Shown in pieces: positions 36,931 to 49,947 of a stretch of 64,000 nt of DNA. The DNA is from Octopus sinensis (taxonomy: Eukaryota): positions 77,252,001-77,316,000 of the forward strand of contig NC_043000.1 of the NCBI RefSeq assembly GCF_006345805.1. The letters run 5' to 3'. The notes beneath the pieces were generated by a model. That model made no database searches, was not told the origin of the DNA, and saw only the letters and a list, made by a program, of their open reading frames with translations. The position numbers and the translations under genes were made by a program. Each line of letters starts with the position of its first letter. Within the stretch, counting starts at the first letter, position 1.

Positions 36931-37051
36931 TATATTGATAGATAAATAGAGAGATAGACAGATATGTACATCGATAGACAGATACATCGGTGGATAGATA
37001 GATCGATAGATACACACACACATATGTACTTAGTAGCTTGCACTATATATA

Positions 37052-37225
37052 CGTGTATATCTATATCTATATCTATATCTATATCTATATCTATATCTAT
37101 ATCTATATCTATATCTATATCTATATCTATATCTATATCTATATCTATATCTATATCTATATCTATATCTATATCTATATCTATATCTATATCTATATCT
37201 ATATCTATATCTATATCTATATCTA

Positions 37226-37271
<46 letters not shown>

Positions 37272-37288
37272 CTTATCTATCTATCTAT
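37052..37288. repeat. (ATATCT)n hexamer followed by (ATCT)n
   Basis: Direct reading. Confidence 0.95.
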
Positions 37289-37364
37289 ATTAGAGAAAGT
37301 GAGAGAAAGATGAGAGAGTGTGTGTGTTTGTGTGTATGTACTTACGTATATACAGTATTTCTGT

Positions 37365-38096
37365 ATTTTCTTATTTTACAGCTCTCATTTTTGGTGGGTA
37401 TTCCAGGGGTAATATTACATTTCCAGACTACAAGGAGGCTTGCAAATTCGCAAGGGAACTTGGCATTAACCCTGAATTAGATGAAGAACCTGAAACTACT
37501 ACTACCAAACAAGTAAAAAGGATCAAGCAGATTGCAATAAAGAATGGGTAGAAACAAATTGAGGACCAGTGGAGCCTGAAGCCCCAACACGGACAGTATA
37601 TTCTTTGAAGTCGAAATGCTGATGTAGACCAAGCAACAACCCATCAGTGACTGAAAAGCTTAAGACTGAAAGCAGAGACTGAAGGTTTCATATTGGCGGC
37701 ATCAGTTCAAAGCTTGCTTATTAGAAACTTCCAGGCTAACATACTTCCTCACATTTAATTTAATTTATAAAACTTTTCTCTTACTTTTCCCGGTCTCTTT
37801 TTAGCATTCTGGTCCGAATCCGAAGAATCTGCAAGGCATTTACTTAATTCCAATTTCCGTAGCATTAAGTAGATGAGAATCAAATATTCCTGGCCAGAGC
37901 GAATAGGTGCCAGATATTCTGGGAAATGCCGAGAGCAGCAGACTAATGTCCTCTTGTGTGCCAATCCTTTTTGAATCCGGATCTAAGTATCACCTTTATT
38001 ATTAGACCTCGTGGTACGTTTGTCCCAGTCCTACATTCATTTACATAGGCTAATAAACTCCCTTCCAAACTCTCTTTCTTTCTTTCTTTCTTTCTT

Positions 38097-38129
<33 letters not shown>

Positions 38130-38284
38130 CTTTATTTATTTCTTTCTCCCTCCCCGACCTATGCAAACACATACACACATACACTCATGAATCCCTACTC
38201 CTCTCTGTCTGTCTGTCTGTCTGTCTCTCTCTCACATATAAATACTTGTATACATTTACACAGACTTACCAATTCTCTCTCCTA

Positions 38285-38323
<39 letters not shown>

Positions 38324-39655
38324 ATACACACACTCACACACAAACATTCGTTCGCATATACGTACATGAAATTTTTAAAAATAATATATTCGCACGTGCA
38401 CATGTCAATTTGAACACTTATGCATACCCACACACATATCTTCAATCATTAAAAAAATTATCTTTTTCTCAATCCTTTTGGCTGCAGCCATGCTGGATTC
38501 GGAGTTGAAGGGTTTTAGTCGAAGGAATAGACTCCAGTGCTTATTTAATTTTTAAAAGTCTGATACTTATTCCATTGGTCTCTGTTGCTGAATCACTAAG
38601 TTTCGGAGACGTATGTATGTATGTATGTATGTATGTATGCATGTATGTATGTATGTATGTATGTATGTATGTATGTATGTATGTATGTATGTATGTATGT
38701 ATGTATGTGCATATACGTATTGATAGATATGTACCAATCATATGATAACTTTACATTATATTTCAGATTGAGCCTCCCTACTCCATCTAAACAAACAGGT
38801 ACAAAACTATATGCACTTATTTTTTGAAAGCTTCACAATTTCCCAAGAGCAAAACATTACACAACTTTACATTTAGCTTTACTTTAAATATACATGTGTC
38901 TCTTTCTATATACTAAGCTGGTAATCTACTATTAAACTGGCGCAAAAATCAACAACCCATCAGTGACTGAAAAGCTTAAGACTGAAAGCAGAGACTGAAG
39001 GTTTCCTATTGGTGGCATAATATCAAAGATTGCTTATCAGAAATCTCCAGGCTAATATACTTCTAAACGGTTCTGACCTTAAATGCAGATTCTGCAACAC
39101 ATTTGACGAAACAATAGACCATCACGTTTCGGGATATCCTGAGCTGACACCGAACGAATACAAAACTCACAACGATAGGGTAGGGCAGTATTTACATTGG
39201 AAAATATGTAAACACTACAAAATCGGCATTCCTGCTTACTGGTATGAACATCATCCTGAGCCAGTCGCTGAAGATAAAAATGTCGCTATCTTCTGGAATT
39301 TCCCAGTCAACACCAACAGTCAACATCCAGGTTAATCGGCCAGACATAGTTATTAAAGACAGGGAAGAAAATACTTGTAGACTAATAGATGTAAATGTTC
39401 CCACAGATAAAAATATATCTGTAAAGGAATTTGACAAATTAAGTAAATATAAGGACCTGGAAATTGAAATACAAAAGATGTGGCATCTTAAAGCAAGAAA
39501 TGTTCCTGTTATTGTAGGCGCCCTACGTATGATAAAAAAGAGGAATGTCAGATACATCTAGACAACATCCCAGGAGAACCATGTCTCAGAGAAATCCAAA
39601 AGATTGTGCTGACAAGTACTACCCATTTCCTTACAAAAACCCTATCAATTTAAAT
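37365..39655 (+). mobile_element. R4/Dong-like LINE 3' part, interrupted by a 1.2-kb insert
   Basis: LKAETEGFILAA, CRFCNTFDETIDHHVSG, NRPDIVIKDREENTCRLIDVNVP, KYKDLEIE. Multiple stops. Confidence 0.85.
37745..38950. repeat. Local duplication, copy 1 (copy 2 at 54885-56160)
   Basis: ttcctcacatttaatt...gcaaaaatca is shared. About 2 substitutions in the first ~250 bp compared; microsatellite lengths differ. Contains a CR1/L2-like 3' end (minus WHTRGH...WN) and a SINE. Confidence 0.95.
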
Positions 39656-39929
39656 GTCTGTGTTGTATACATGAACATATTTCGCAACTGCTTCTGCCAC
39701 TTCCCCTCCTGTTATATCCTTATGGATAAACGAATACACTGCAACAATGTAATAACAATATTATCGAAAAAGACGGCAGTAACCACATGGAACGTAACAA
39801 CAATCTTTTAAAAACCAACAATCCAACACGCTAACTCGAAATGTAAACTTTGAACTCCAGCTTTGAACTATCATCACACGAACTATGGAACTAGCACGTT
39901 GATTTTATTCAAACCACAAGGGTTATAGA

Positions 39930-41490
39930 AAGAAGGGGCAATACACGGGACAAATGGGGTCGGGGACTTATCGAATGATATTACCAAAAAAAGTGAACCT
40001 AGGAAATATTTCGTCAGCAAACGGAGACCACACCCGTTCAAAGTTCAGGTAGAGCCAGAGATGACTCAACCTCAGCGCATGCCTTCGCATCTTTAGCCAC
40101 AACACCCTAACCCACCCTTTAGCAGCTGTTGGTAGTAGATAGAGCGCCTTACAAGAGGCCACCTACCCTCCCACAAGAAGTGAAAGAGCATGCGTTACAA
40201 CTTGTTTAGCCACGAATCGGGGCACGGCACGACGGTTAGGCGGTAGCTAATGGCAGATGTGATAAACACATTTGCCCCCTCCGCCCTCCCTATCAGGGAT
40301 AGCCTCTGCCCAGACCAGGTCTGAGTTATGGACGTAACCTCGCTCCAATTCATCTTCATCTGGAGGTCTGGACCAAACCACACTCCAAGCATTCTCACCG
40401 GACCCTCTGTCCAGAGTCCGACATGGATGGCATCGACTTGCCTCGCCAGGTACCGAGCTGCAAGCCGACCAACTTATCCCGGTTAATTCTAGCTCCTGCC
40501 ACCGCTTCGTAATCCTTTAGGGCCTCACCTAGCCTCTGTAGGTCCTGGTCCCTGGATACGATGACAGTGACATCGACCGTATATGCTGTGACTGACTTTC
40601 CATATCTTAGATCTTGTGGGTCCCCACTCATCGCCTCCAATCTTCGCAGTTGTGTCTCGAGAGCCAATATATACAGCAAAGACTGCACAAACCTGACGAA
40701 CTGAACGTTCGATATTGAACGGTTCCGAAAAGAAACAGTTTACCCAAACTACCGACTTAATGTTGCTATATAAAGCGTTGATTCAGCCGTGGAATGTCGG
40801 GCAAACACCGGCCGCCTCGAGGACCTCCGCCAGATACCGATGGTCTACCCTATCAAAGGCTTTCGATTGGTCTAAGTGGACCAGCGCCCTACTCTTGCCA
40901 GGAATCCTATTTACTCTTTCTAAGGTATAGCGTATAAGGTGGAGATTATCGTGTATGGTCCTGCCGGGGATGGCGCAGGTTTGTACCTACCCGACGATAC
41001 AATCCATGACTTTCACCAACCTTTTTGCTAAAACCTTGGCCAGAATCTTCAACTCTGCGTTAAGTAGAGTGATAGGCCTAAAGTTGTCAATTACGCCCCC
41101 CTTGTTTGGGTCCTTTCTGATCAGTACCACCACTCCCTGGCTCACAGGCGCAGGAATACTCCCGTTCCGCTGCCAGTTATTGAAGACACAGGCCAGTAAG
41201 TGCCCAAACAAGTCTGGCATAGTATAGTACAAGTCATAGGGGAGACCATCGCGACCTAGTGACCTGTTCCCACTGCACTTCGATAATGCCTCCTCCACTT
41301 TCGCAGCTGTGAGCGGCCCTTCACAGCACTCCGCATCCCTCCCCGAGAGGCGTGGTATACCGGCAAGGAAGTCCGTGAGGTCCTTCCTACGCTCCGGCAC
41401 CTTGCCCCCACCCCGAAACAGTCCTGCGAAATGCTCGTGTAAAGCCGTACACATTTCCTCGGTTTCAAGTTACCGTTCCCCTGTTGGTTT
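39930..41490 (-). mobile_element. Diverged Tx1-clade ORF2 fragment, internally deleted
   Basis: GRDGLPYDLY...NFRPITLLNAELKILAKVLAKRL, SKAFDRVDHRY and GVWFGPDL homology. Confidence 0.88.
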
Positions 41491-41494
41491 GTCA

Positions 41495-43215
41495 AAGATC
41501 TCGAATTTTTTCTGAAATGGTGGTGAAATTGAAAGAAATTTTGTATGCCATGACCGAATGGAAGTACTTTGAAAAATCATAGGTAAACTCTAATTAAAGA
41601 AATTGTGTGAGGAGTAAATCGTTATGTATTTATTTGTTTCTGTTTGCTGTGTTGTTTTTTTTGAGTAGTGGTTTAAGGTACACTTCTCTCGTTTTATATA
41701 AATACTTTCACTTTAATCGTTGCACACTTGCAAAGAGAAAGGAGGAGAAATTAGGGTGATAGCATGAGTGAAGCATTTCGCTCCGTTTTTGTGTGTGTGC
41801 GTGTGTGTGTGCTGTAGCCCACACTAAGAAAAGCACTTCACTTACACACCACAATGTGAGTTTTCTCGAAATTTTGCTTAATTGGGGTTGAAATTTGAAA
41901 AACTGGACCTGGCACGACCCGATGTATTCTACTCTTAAAAATGCTAGGTAAATTATAATTGAAGAAATCCTATATTGTAGATTTCTATAAGAGACAAAGG
42001 GAGGCAGATAAAATCTGCCTTTTATAATAAGAGACTAGCAGTATCGCCCGGCGTTGCTCGGGTTTGTTTCGACCCGCTGGAATTGTAATTTTGAAAAGTA
42101 AAAATTTTGTGAACATTTTTCTGGTCGAAATACACCGAAAAGTGGCGACACAGCAGTGAAAAAATCGTAAAAAATAGGGATTTTCATAGAAAAAAGCAGC
42201 TTTTTGATGTAAATAATTTTTAGTGTTAACATGGTCCGATTTGAATTTTATGTTCTACGGAAGGAAGAGCAACCCTTCTTCTATCATACTCTCAATTTTG
42301 GTCAACTTGCGCCGCAGGGTCTCGGAGGAGATAGTGTTAGTTGAAGGTTACCAAACGTGGCGCACACAGACAACTTCAGCTTTATATAGAGACTAGCAGA
42401 ATTGCCCGGCGTTGCTCGGGGCTGAATTGCTTGAAAGTACTGTTAATGATTGCACTGAATTATGATGATTATTCAGGCAAATATTGATATAAGCTTACGG
42501 TGGGAGATAAGGACTTAACGATCAAACGTGTGCCATTGCATTGTTTTGGGGGAACCAAATTTCTGATGAGCATTATAGGGGCACCAACTTTAAGTTTGAG
42601 AAAGTGTGGTGGTAGTCCGGGGTGCTCAAAGGAATTGAGTACCTCTATTGGATAGTTGATGACGTCCTCTGGGTCAGGAGTTGTATCGATAGACTGATAT
42701 ACATAGACTTCCCCAGGAATGAGTTTTAGCATTTCATCATTAATATGGTGAACAGTTTTATTCCTCGGGGCCAGTATAGCCTTTTTGCCAATCCAATCCA
42801 TATTCTGATAATTAGCTTGTAGATCTGGGAACACTGCATCTCTGAGATCAGAAGGCGTCTTAACAATGGTACAAATGGAATCGATGGCAATATTACCATT
42901 TTCATCCCCTGGTATTTTGCCTTCGCCAAGTGCAAGGAGGGTGTGAGGAAATGCTGCTGATGTGATATTACGTCGCATATGAGCACGCACATTGGTGTGA
43001 AGTTTGAGAGTTACTTTCCTTTATTTAAAAAAATATGCATTAAAATGGAAAAAAATGATGGTAAATTATTTGTAAAATCATAGACTCATCGTAGACGCGC
43101 GCTAATACCCAGAAGGGCTCGATATGAATCACGACTATAAGATACCCGGTTTTGGTTAAACTGCATCGCAAAATGTGGGAGTAGTTAGACACACAACCTT
43201 TCTTTTATATATAAA
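41495..43215 (-). mobile_element. Three Helitron units in head-to-tail tandem
   Basis: On the minus strand a 3' hairpin cccgagcaacgccggg plus CTAG is joined directly to the TC start of the next unit at 42034/42035 and 42392/42393. Confidence 0.85.
42469..43010 (-). pseudogene. Helitron Rep/Hel PIF1-like helicase internal fragment
   Basis: AILAPRN...IN...Y.SID...YPIEVLNS...GLPPH.LKLKVGAPIMLIRNL.P.KQCNGTRLIV. Same strand as the Helitron termini. Confidence 0.92.
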
Positions 43216-43216
43216 T

Positions 43217-43518
43217 ATTTTCGTCCTAAAAAACTTTGTATGGAGTGAATGGTTACCTCTATGGAAATATATACACACACGTTATACATACATGTGTGCA
43301 TAGATGAATATATAAATACATTTATATATCTATATACACTTTTGGGCGATCTCTGTGCTACTTAGAGATAACTTTAGATCTTATTTTCGTCCTAAAAAAC
43401 TTTGTGCGGAGTGAATGGTTACGTGTATGGAAATATATACACACACATTATACATACGTCTGTGTATAGATGAATATATAAATACATTTAAATATCTATA
43501 TACACTTTTGGGCGATCT
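43217..43518. repeat. Two tandem ~166-bp copies
   Basis: attttcgtcctaaaaaactttgt.. at 43217 and 43383. Confidence 0.85.
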
Positions 43519-43554
43519 TTCTGCTACTTGGATATAGGGGCGATGTTTCGCTTG

Positions 43555-43966
43555 TCGTAGCACACGTTTCCGTCGATTTCCGTAAAAAATGTAAACACTG
43601 AATCGGCCATACATACATACATACATACACACACACATACATACACACACACACACATACATGCATACATACATATACACATAAACCGAGTAAAAAAATT
43701 TCAGTTATCTCTCTCTTTCACACATTACTCTGTCTGTCTCTTCACACACACTAACAGAAGCACTTCACTTACACAACATACTGTCTGTCTCCCACACTCC
43801 ATCAAACACACACACACACACACATGTACATCAATGCGTCCCATGCACGGTAACTTCAAAAGAACTTCCCTCGTCATACAATCGCTTTCTCTTAGTCTCT
43901 TTCGCTCTCATTACTTATGTAAAAAAATAAGTTTTTTACGGAAATCGACGGAAACCTGTGCTACGA
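43555..43966. mobile_element. MITE/Helentron-like segment bounded by a 35-bp inverted repeat
   Basis: tcgtagcacacgtttccgtcgatttccgtaaaaaa (43555-43589) and its reverse complement at 43932-43966, 1 mismatch. Confidence 0.6.
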
Positions 43967-44744
43967 TAACACACACACATTAATACACATACATAGACAC
44001 ACACACACACATGTATGTATGGATGTATATATGTACATCTGTCCACTTCTTGCAATATTTTTATCATTCACTTCCTACACACACACACACACACCTTATT
44101 AGCTTACAATTTCTTTCTGTCAACAATTGACAACAGAAGTACGCTCGCCAATTAATACTACCAAAATTTAACGACAGAAAGTAAATTAAAAACCAATTTA
44201 CCTTTTCTGCATTGTTATGGCAATTCGACCGTCGGTGTGTTTTTGCAAATGTGTTCGAATGAGAAGTGAGTTGTGTTTGGCGCCTTTTTTACTAATAACA
44301 AACACACACGTGTTTGTATGTAGTTGTTTGAAACGATTGTGTTTGTTACTGTCATATATGTATGTGTATGCGTGTGTGTGAGGAATGGCAAACCAGATAG
44401 ATAGCGCGCGAAGTTCTTTTGAAGTTCGCGCTCCGTTTGTGTGTGTGTGTGTGTGCGTGTTTTAGGTATACGTAGGTATGTGTTTTTGTGTGTGTGTCAC
44501 TGAAGCCATACATAAATATATACATACATAACCTCTCTCTCTCTTTTCTCTCTCAGTCACTCACTACAAAAAGTGAATAAAAAAGTTCAGTTATCTCTGT
44601 CTTTCACACATACACACACAGCACAACATTACTCTCTCTGTCTCTTTACACACACTAACAAAAGCACTTCACTTACACACCACACTTTCTGTGTCGCACA
44701 CCCCATCAAACACACACACATGTACATCAATGCTTTCGGATTGA

Positions 44745-45719
44745 AATGTTAAAATATTGAGTTTTCTCGAATTTTGTCTTAATTGGGGGTGAAATTGAAA
44801 GAAATTTTGTATGGCATGACCGAATGGAAGTACTTTGAAAAATCATAGGTAAACTCTAATTGAAGAAATTGTGTGAGGAGTAAATCGTTATGTATTTATT
44901 TGTTTCTGTTTGCTGTGTTTTTTTTTGAGTAGTGGTTTAAGGTACACTTGCAAAGAGAAAGTGGGAGAAATTAGGGTGATAGCATGAGTGATCCGTTTTA
45001 TATAAATACTTTCACTTTAATCGTTGCACACTTGCAAAGAGAAAGGAGGAGAAATTAGGGTGATAGCGTGAGTGAAGCAGATCGCTCCGTTTTTGTGTGT
45101 GTGTGCTGTAGCCCACACTAAGAAAAGCACTTCACTTACACACCACAATGTGAGTTTTCTTGAAATTTTGCTTAATTGGGGTTGAAATTTGAAAAACTGG
45201 ACCTGGCACGACCCGATGTATTCTACTCTTAAAAATGCTAGGTAAATTGTAATTGAAGAAATCCTATATTGTAGATTTCTATAAGAAACAAAGGGAGGCA
45301 GATAAAATCTGCCTTTTATAAGAGACTAGCAGTATCGCCCGGCGTTGCTCGGGTTTGTAAGGGAAATAATTATATAAGCATTTTTAGAGATGTAAAGTAT
45401 AATAGCCATCTCAATATGGCTAACCACAAAGGGGAAGGGGTGTTACTGTAGCTTTTTACGTTCTGAGATTTAATAATAAATTTTAGAGAGTTACTTCCCT
45501 TATATATGTCAAAAATGGATTAAAAATGGGAAAAATTGATGGTAATTTTTTTTTAAATCGTAGACTCATCGTAGACGCGCGCTAATACCCAGACGGTCTC
45601 GATATGAATCACGACTATAAGATACCCGGTTTTGGTTAAACTGCACCGCAAAATGTGGGAGTAGTTAGGAATCTAAATCGTAGGAGACAGACACACAACC
45701 TCACTTTCATATATAAAGA
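44745..45719 (-). mobile_element. Two non-autonomous Helitron units, head-to-tail
   Basis: 5' A|TCTTTATATATG at 45719, 3' hairpin plus CTAG at 45326-45329 joined to TC of the next unit. The second unit repeats 41495-42034 with an internal duplication. Confidence 0.85.
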
Positions 45720-45881
45720 TTTCCTCTATTTACATAATATTGAGGTCTCTTTCTTTCTTTTGTTATCTTACTGTTTTTACCAATATACATATATATATAT
45801 ATATAAATATATATATAGTTACAGAGATGTACTTGCATAGCAAGTGACTTGATCTGAGATCGTGTGCTGGAACGAAAACAG

Positions 45882-46139
45882 TTGCAGCGTTGAAGGTGTT
45901 TATAAGCCATTTAAGAAACACACAAAAACCGTTAGATTCACTTCAACATTTAATTTAATTTGTCAAAATATTTTCGTCGCTTTGAGACCGCGACCTGTTA
46001 GCACGATATTTTTGTCAGTGAACAGGTCGCGGTCTCAAAGCGACGAAAATATTTTGGCAAATTAAATTTAAATGTTGAAGTTAATGTAACGGTTTTTGTG
46101 TGTTTCTTAAATGGCTTAGAAACACCTTCCAGGCTGCAA
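45882..46139. repeat. Inverted repeat, ~118-bp arms, 21-nt spacer
   Basis: 45882-45999 versus 46021-46139, with several substitutions between arms. Confidence 0.92.
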
Positions 46140-46499
46140 TATATATATACACACATATACATATATATGTATGTATGTATGTATGTATGTGTGTATATGT
46201 GTATGCATGTATGTGTGTGTGTGTGCGTGTCTGTGCTTGTGATTGTCCTCCACCACTGCTTGACAACGAATGTTGGTTTGTTTACATCCCTGTCAACTAG
46301 TGGTTTGACAAAGGAAACAGATAGAATAAGTACAATGCTTACAAAAATAAAACTGGAGTTGATTCATTAAACTACAATTCTTCAAGGCATTGCCCCAGCA
46401 TGGCCACAGACCAATGGCTGGAAAAAGCAGAAGAATAAAAGAATACATTCTCTGCTTTGGTCTTATGTTCAAGGCATGAGAAAGCTTGAGTTTACATGA

Positions 46500-46880
46500 G
46501 AAGGCCTAACAGACCTGGTAGAAACAGCAGCCAAATCTCCCTCAAATCACACCTTACTGTCTTATGTATGTATATATATGAGCCAATGAGGGGGACCTCT
46601 ACATGGTAGGTAGACCTGGTAGAAATAGCAGCCAAATTTTCCCCAAATCACAGCTTACTGTCTTATCTATGTATATATGTATGTATGAGCCTATGAGGGA
46701 GACCCCTACATGGCAGCTAGACCTGGTAGAAATAGCAGCCAAATTTCCCCCAAATCACACCTTACTGTCTTATCTATGTATATATGTATGTATGAGCCTA
46801 TGAGGGAGACCCCTACATGGCAGCTAGACATGGTAGAAATAGCAGCCAAATCTCCCTCAAATCACACCTTACTGTCTTAT
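46500..46880. repeat. ~108-bp tandem repeat, ~3.5 copies (SINE-derived)
   Basis: gacctggtagaaatagcagccaaat...aatcacaccttactgtcttat recurs four times. Confidence 0.88.
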
Positions 46881-47039
46881 CTTTCTGCTACTTGGATATA
46901 GGTGTTATATTCGTCGAAAAAAACTTTCCTGTCACACACTCACGCACACGCACACACACACACACACACACACACGCACCCTCACACACACACACGCGCG
47001 CACACCCACACACACCCACTCACACACACGCACGTTAGC

Positions 47040-47399
47040 TTACAATTTTATTTATATATTTGCGTGTCTATGTGTTGAAAGAGGAAGTGGGAGGCAGAGT
47101 GAAAGAATCACTCACTACAGTAAGTCAATTACTTTCATTTTATTCGTTGCCCACTGTGTGTGTGCGTTTGCGTGTGGTGTAAACCAGACTAAGAAAAGCA
47201 TTTGACACACACACCAGAATGTGAGTTTTCTGTAAATTTTGCTTAATTGGAGTTTAAATTTTAAAAACTGGACCTGGCATGACGCGATGCATTGTACTCT
47301 CAAAAATGCCAGGTAAATTGTAATTGAAGAAATCCTATATTGTAGATTTGTATAACTCCCAAAGGGAGGCAGATAAAATCTGCCTTTTATAATAAGAGA
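47040..47399 (-). mobile_element. Helitron 5' part (third copy of the 41495-42034 unit)
   Basis: A|TCTCTTATTATAAAAGGCAGATTTTATCTGCCTCCC terminus on the minus strand. Followed on the plus strand by (ACT)/(GCT)n to ~47625. Confidence 0.75.
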
Positions 47400-47454
47400 T
47401 ACAAACTACTACTACTGCTGCTGCTGCTGCTGCTACAACTACTACTACTGCTGC

Positions 47455-47514
<60 letters not shown>

Positions 47515-47543
47515 TGCTGCTGCAGCTGCTGCTGCTGCTGCTG

Positions 47544-47584
<41 letters not shown>

Positions 47585-48050
47585 GCTGCTACTGTTACTG
47601 CTACTGCTGCTGCTGTTTCTGATACTGTTACTTTGTTACGTTGTAGTTATAATTAGAATCAAGTGTCAACTTCTGACAATGTGGAGAACAATCTTTCATC
47701 ATATTTTTAGACATGTTCAATTGTTGACTGAGTTTACGTGCAAGTGTGTTCGTGTTAATGTTTGTGTACGTTTGTATGTATGTATGTGAATTCGTGTGTA
47801 TGTGTGTATATGAGAGAGTAATATAGAGAAAGTGCGCGCGTATCACTTGTTAGTTAACTGACATTCACCATCTTCAGTTTTCTGTCAATCACAGAATCCA
47901 CAGTAACCCAAGTATGTTTTCATACACCTGTGTTGTTTTTAAGTTCAACCTAATTTTATAATTTCGCGAATTTCCTTAAGAAAAGTAACTGTTACTTGCT
48001 AGTCTCGTGTAAGAATGTATATTCAGAAGGTTGAGTTGTTAACATATATA

Positions 48051-48215
48051 GGCATAGGAGTGGCTGTGTGGTAAGTAGCTTGCTTACCAACCACATGGTT
48101 CCGGGTTCAGTCCCACTGCGTGGCACCTTGGGCCAGTGTCTTCTACTGTAGCCTCGGGCTGACCAAAACCTTGTGAGTGGATTTGGTAGACGGAAACTGA
48201 AAGAAGCCCGTCGTA
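48051..48215 (+). mobile_element. tRNA-derived CORE-type SINE
   Basis: A-box-like tggctgtgtggtaag, B-box-like ggttcagtccc, core ggcaccttgggccagtgtc, and a (TA)n tail. Confidence 0.8.
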
Positions 48216-48237
48216 TATATGTATATATATATATATA

Positions 48238-48742
48238 TCTATATATATAAAACTCTAGTTGTGTGAGTGTCTGTCCCCTTCGATTTAGATTCCTAACTCC
48301 TCCCACATTTTGCGGTACAGTTTAACCAAATTCGGGTATCTTATAGTCGTGATTCATATCGAGCCCGTCTGACTATTAGCGCGCGTCAACGATGAGTCTA
48401 CGATTTAAAAAATAATTTAACATCATTTTTTATTCCATTTTAATGCATAAAATGCATCGTATATCGATGGCGGCGGAGTTGGCGTCCACGCTCACAGCTG
48501 CACCTGTTTGCTTCTCCCCCTTCCCTCCCTCGTGAAGCTGTGGGGAAGGGAGTGTAAAGAAATCAACGTCGTAATGCGTTGTGAAGGAAACCAGCGTTCT
48601 TTTAGAACAACGGCTTCATGGCTTGAAGTCACCAAAACAAAAATGGCTAAGAAAGCCCGAATTTATAAGGGAAGTAACTCTCTAAAAATGCTTATATAGT
48701 TATTTCCCTTACAAACCCGAGCAACGCTGGGCGATACTGCTA

Positions 48743-48743
<1 letters not shown>
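48238..48743 (+). mobile_element. Complete non-autonomous Helitron (506 bp) inserted in the SINE's (TA)n tail
   Basis: A|TCTATATATATAAAAC ... cccgagcaacgctggg-cgatactg-CTAG|T. Confidence 0.9.
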
Positions 48744-48806
<63 letters not shown>

Positions 48807-48811
<5 letters not shown>

Positions 48812-49229
48812 AATCAAGGAACGGCCATAATAGGCCATTCACCCACTAGAAATAACAGCCAAAGCTTCAACCGCAAAACAACATTAATTCCGCAAACCAG
48901 GAGAAAATTAAAAAAAACATTTACCCTGTAATTTCTTATACGATGCACCGTTTCATCTATTGTTTAATGGTAAACTAACCTGATTAAATTAAATCAAGCC
49001 AATCTTCCATAGGCCGATAGATTCGTCAGTAAGAACAGCCAGATCGGAGCAGATATTTTCACGAGGCACTTCTATCCCTGCCTCGGCAATATCTGACCTA
49101 AAATTTTCAAATTCACCTTTTTTTTTAATTTTCTCCTGGTTTGCGGAATTAATGTTGTTTTGCGGTTGAAGCTTTGGCTGTTATTTCTAGTGGGTGAATG
49201 GCCTATTATGGCCGTTCCTTGATTGTGAT
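48807..49229. repeat. Inverted repeat, ~111-bp near-perfect arms, 200-bp spacer
   Basis: 48807-48917 versus 49118-49229. Confidence 0.95.
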
Positions 49230-49438
49230 GTTGAACTTATAAATGGTCTATGACTATTTAATTTTTTCCCACTAGGCCGCTGGTGGCAAAAAAATTCTAC
49301 GAAATTTTTTGCCACCCTATATTGATTAATTATGAATTTTCTGGTTAATTCCGTAATGGAATCGGCGGCTTATATTTGCCAGTATTTCTGCTGCTCTAAC
49401 GGCTTTTCTGCGTTCGAAAAAATATTGTCTAATTTGTA

Positions 49439-49478
<40 letters not shown>

Positions 49479-49947
49479 ACATATACATATACAGGCACCC
49501 GTACATATAAACCTCACTCACGTGCGTACATAAAACTTATCTTTGCAGTTCCAATAATATGGTGAATTCTATAATATGGTTTTATTGAAAGCGTCTTCGA
49601 TTCAAAAACCTTGAGTTTTTTTGTTTGATAGTACACTTTCAAATGAAATCTTAAACCCGCATGACCTCTTGATCCTGATCCTTTATAAAGAAACCTCAAG
49701 ACAAAAGTAATAAAACGTCTACTATTTTTAAAAATTGAAGACCAGTTTTGACCAGCAACTCAATTGAGACATAAAAAAAAACAGAAAAGAAAAGAAAAAG
49801 ACAACTTAGACGAAGCCAATGCAATGTGTTATGAGATCGCGAGAATTGTTGCAAAAATGTCTACAGTCATACAATTCATAGAAAGGTCGTGAACTATGAT
49901 TTCAAATATAATGCACGAGGATCCTTGAGATATCTAATTAAGTTTAC

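Noticed and set aside
46500-46880. CRISPR-like repeat-spacer pattern
   Set aside because: Whole ~108-bp units repeat with no unique spacers, there are no cas genes, and the context is eukaryotic.
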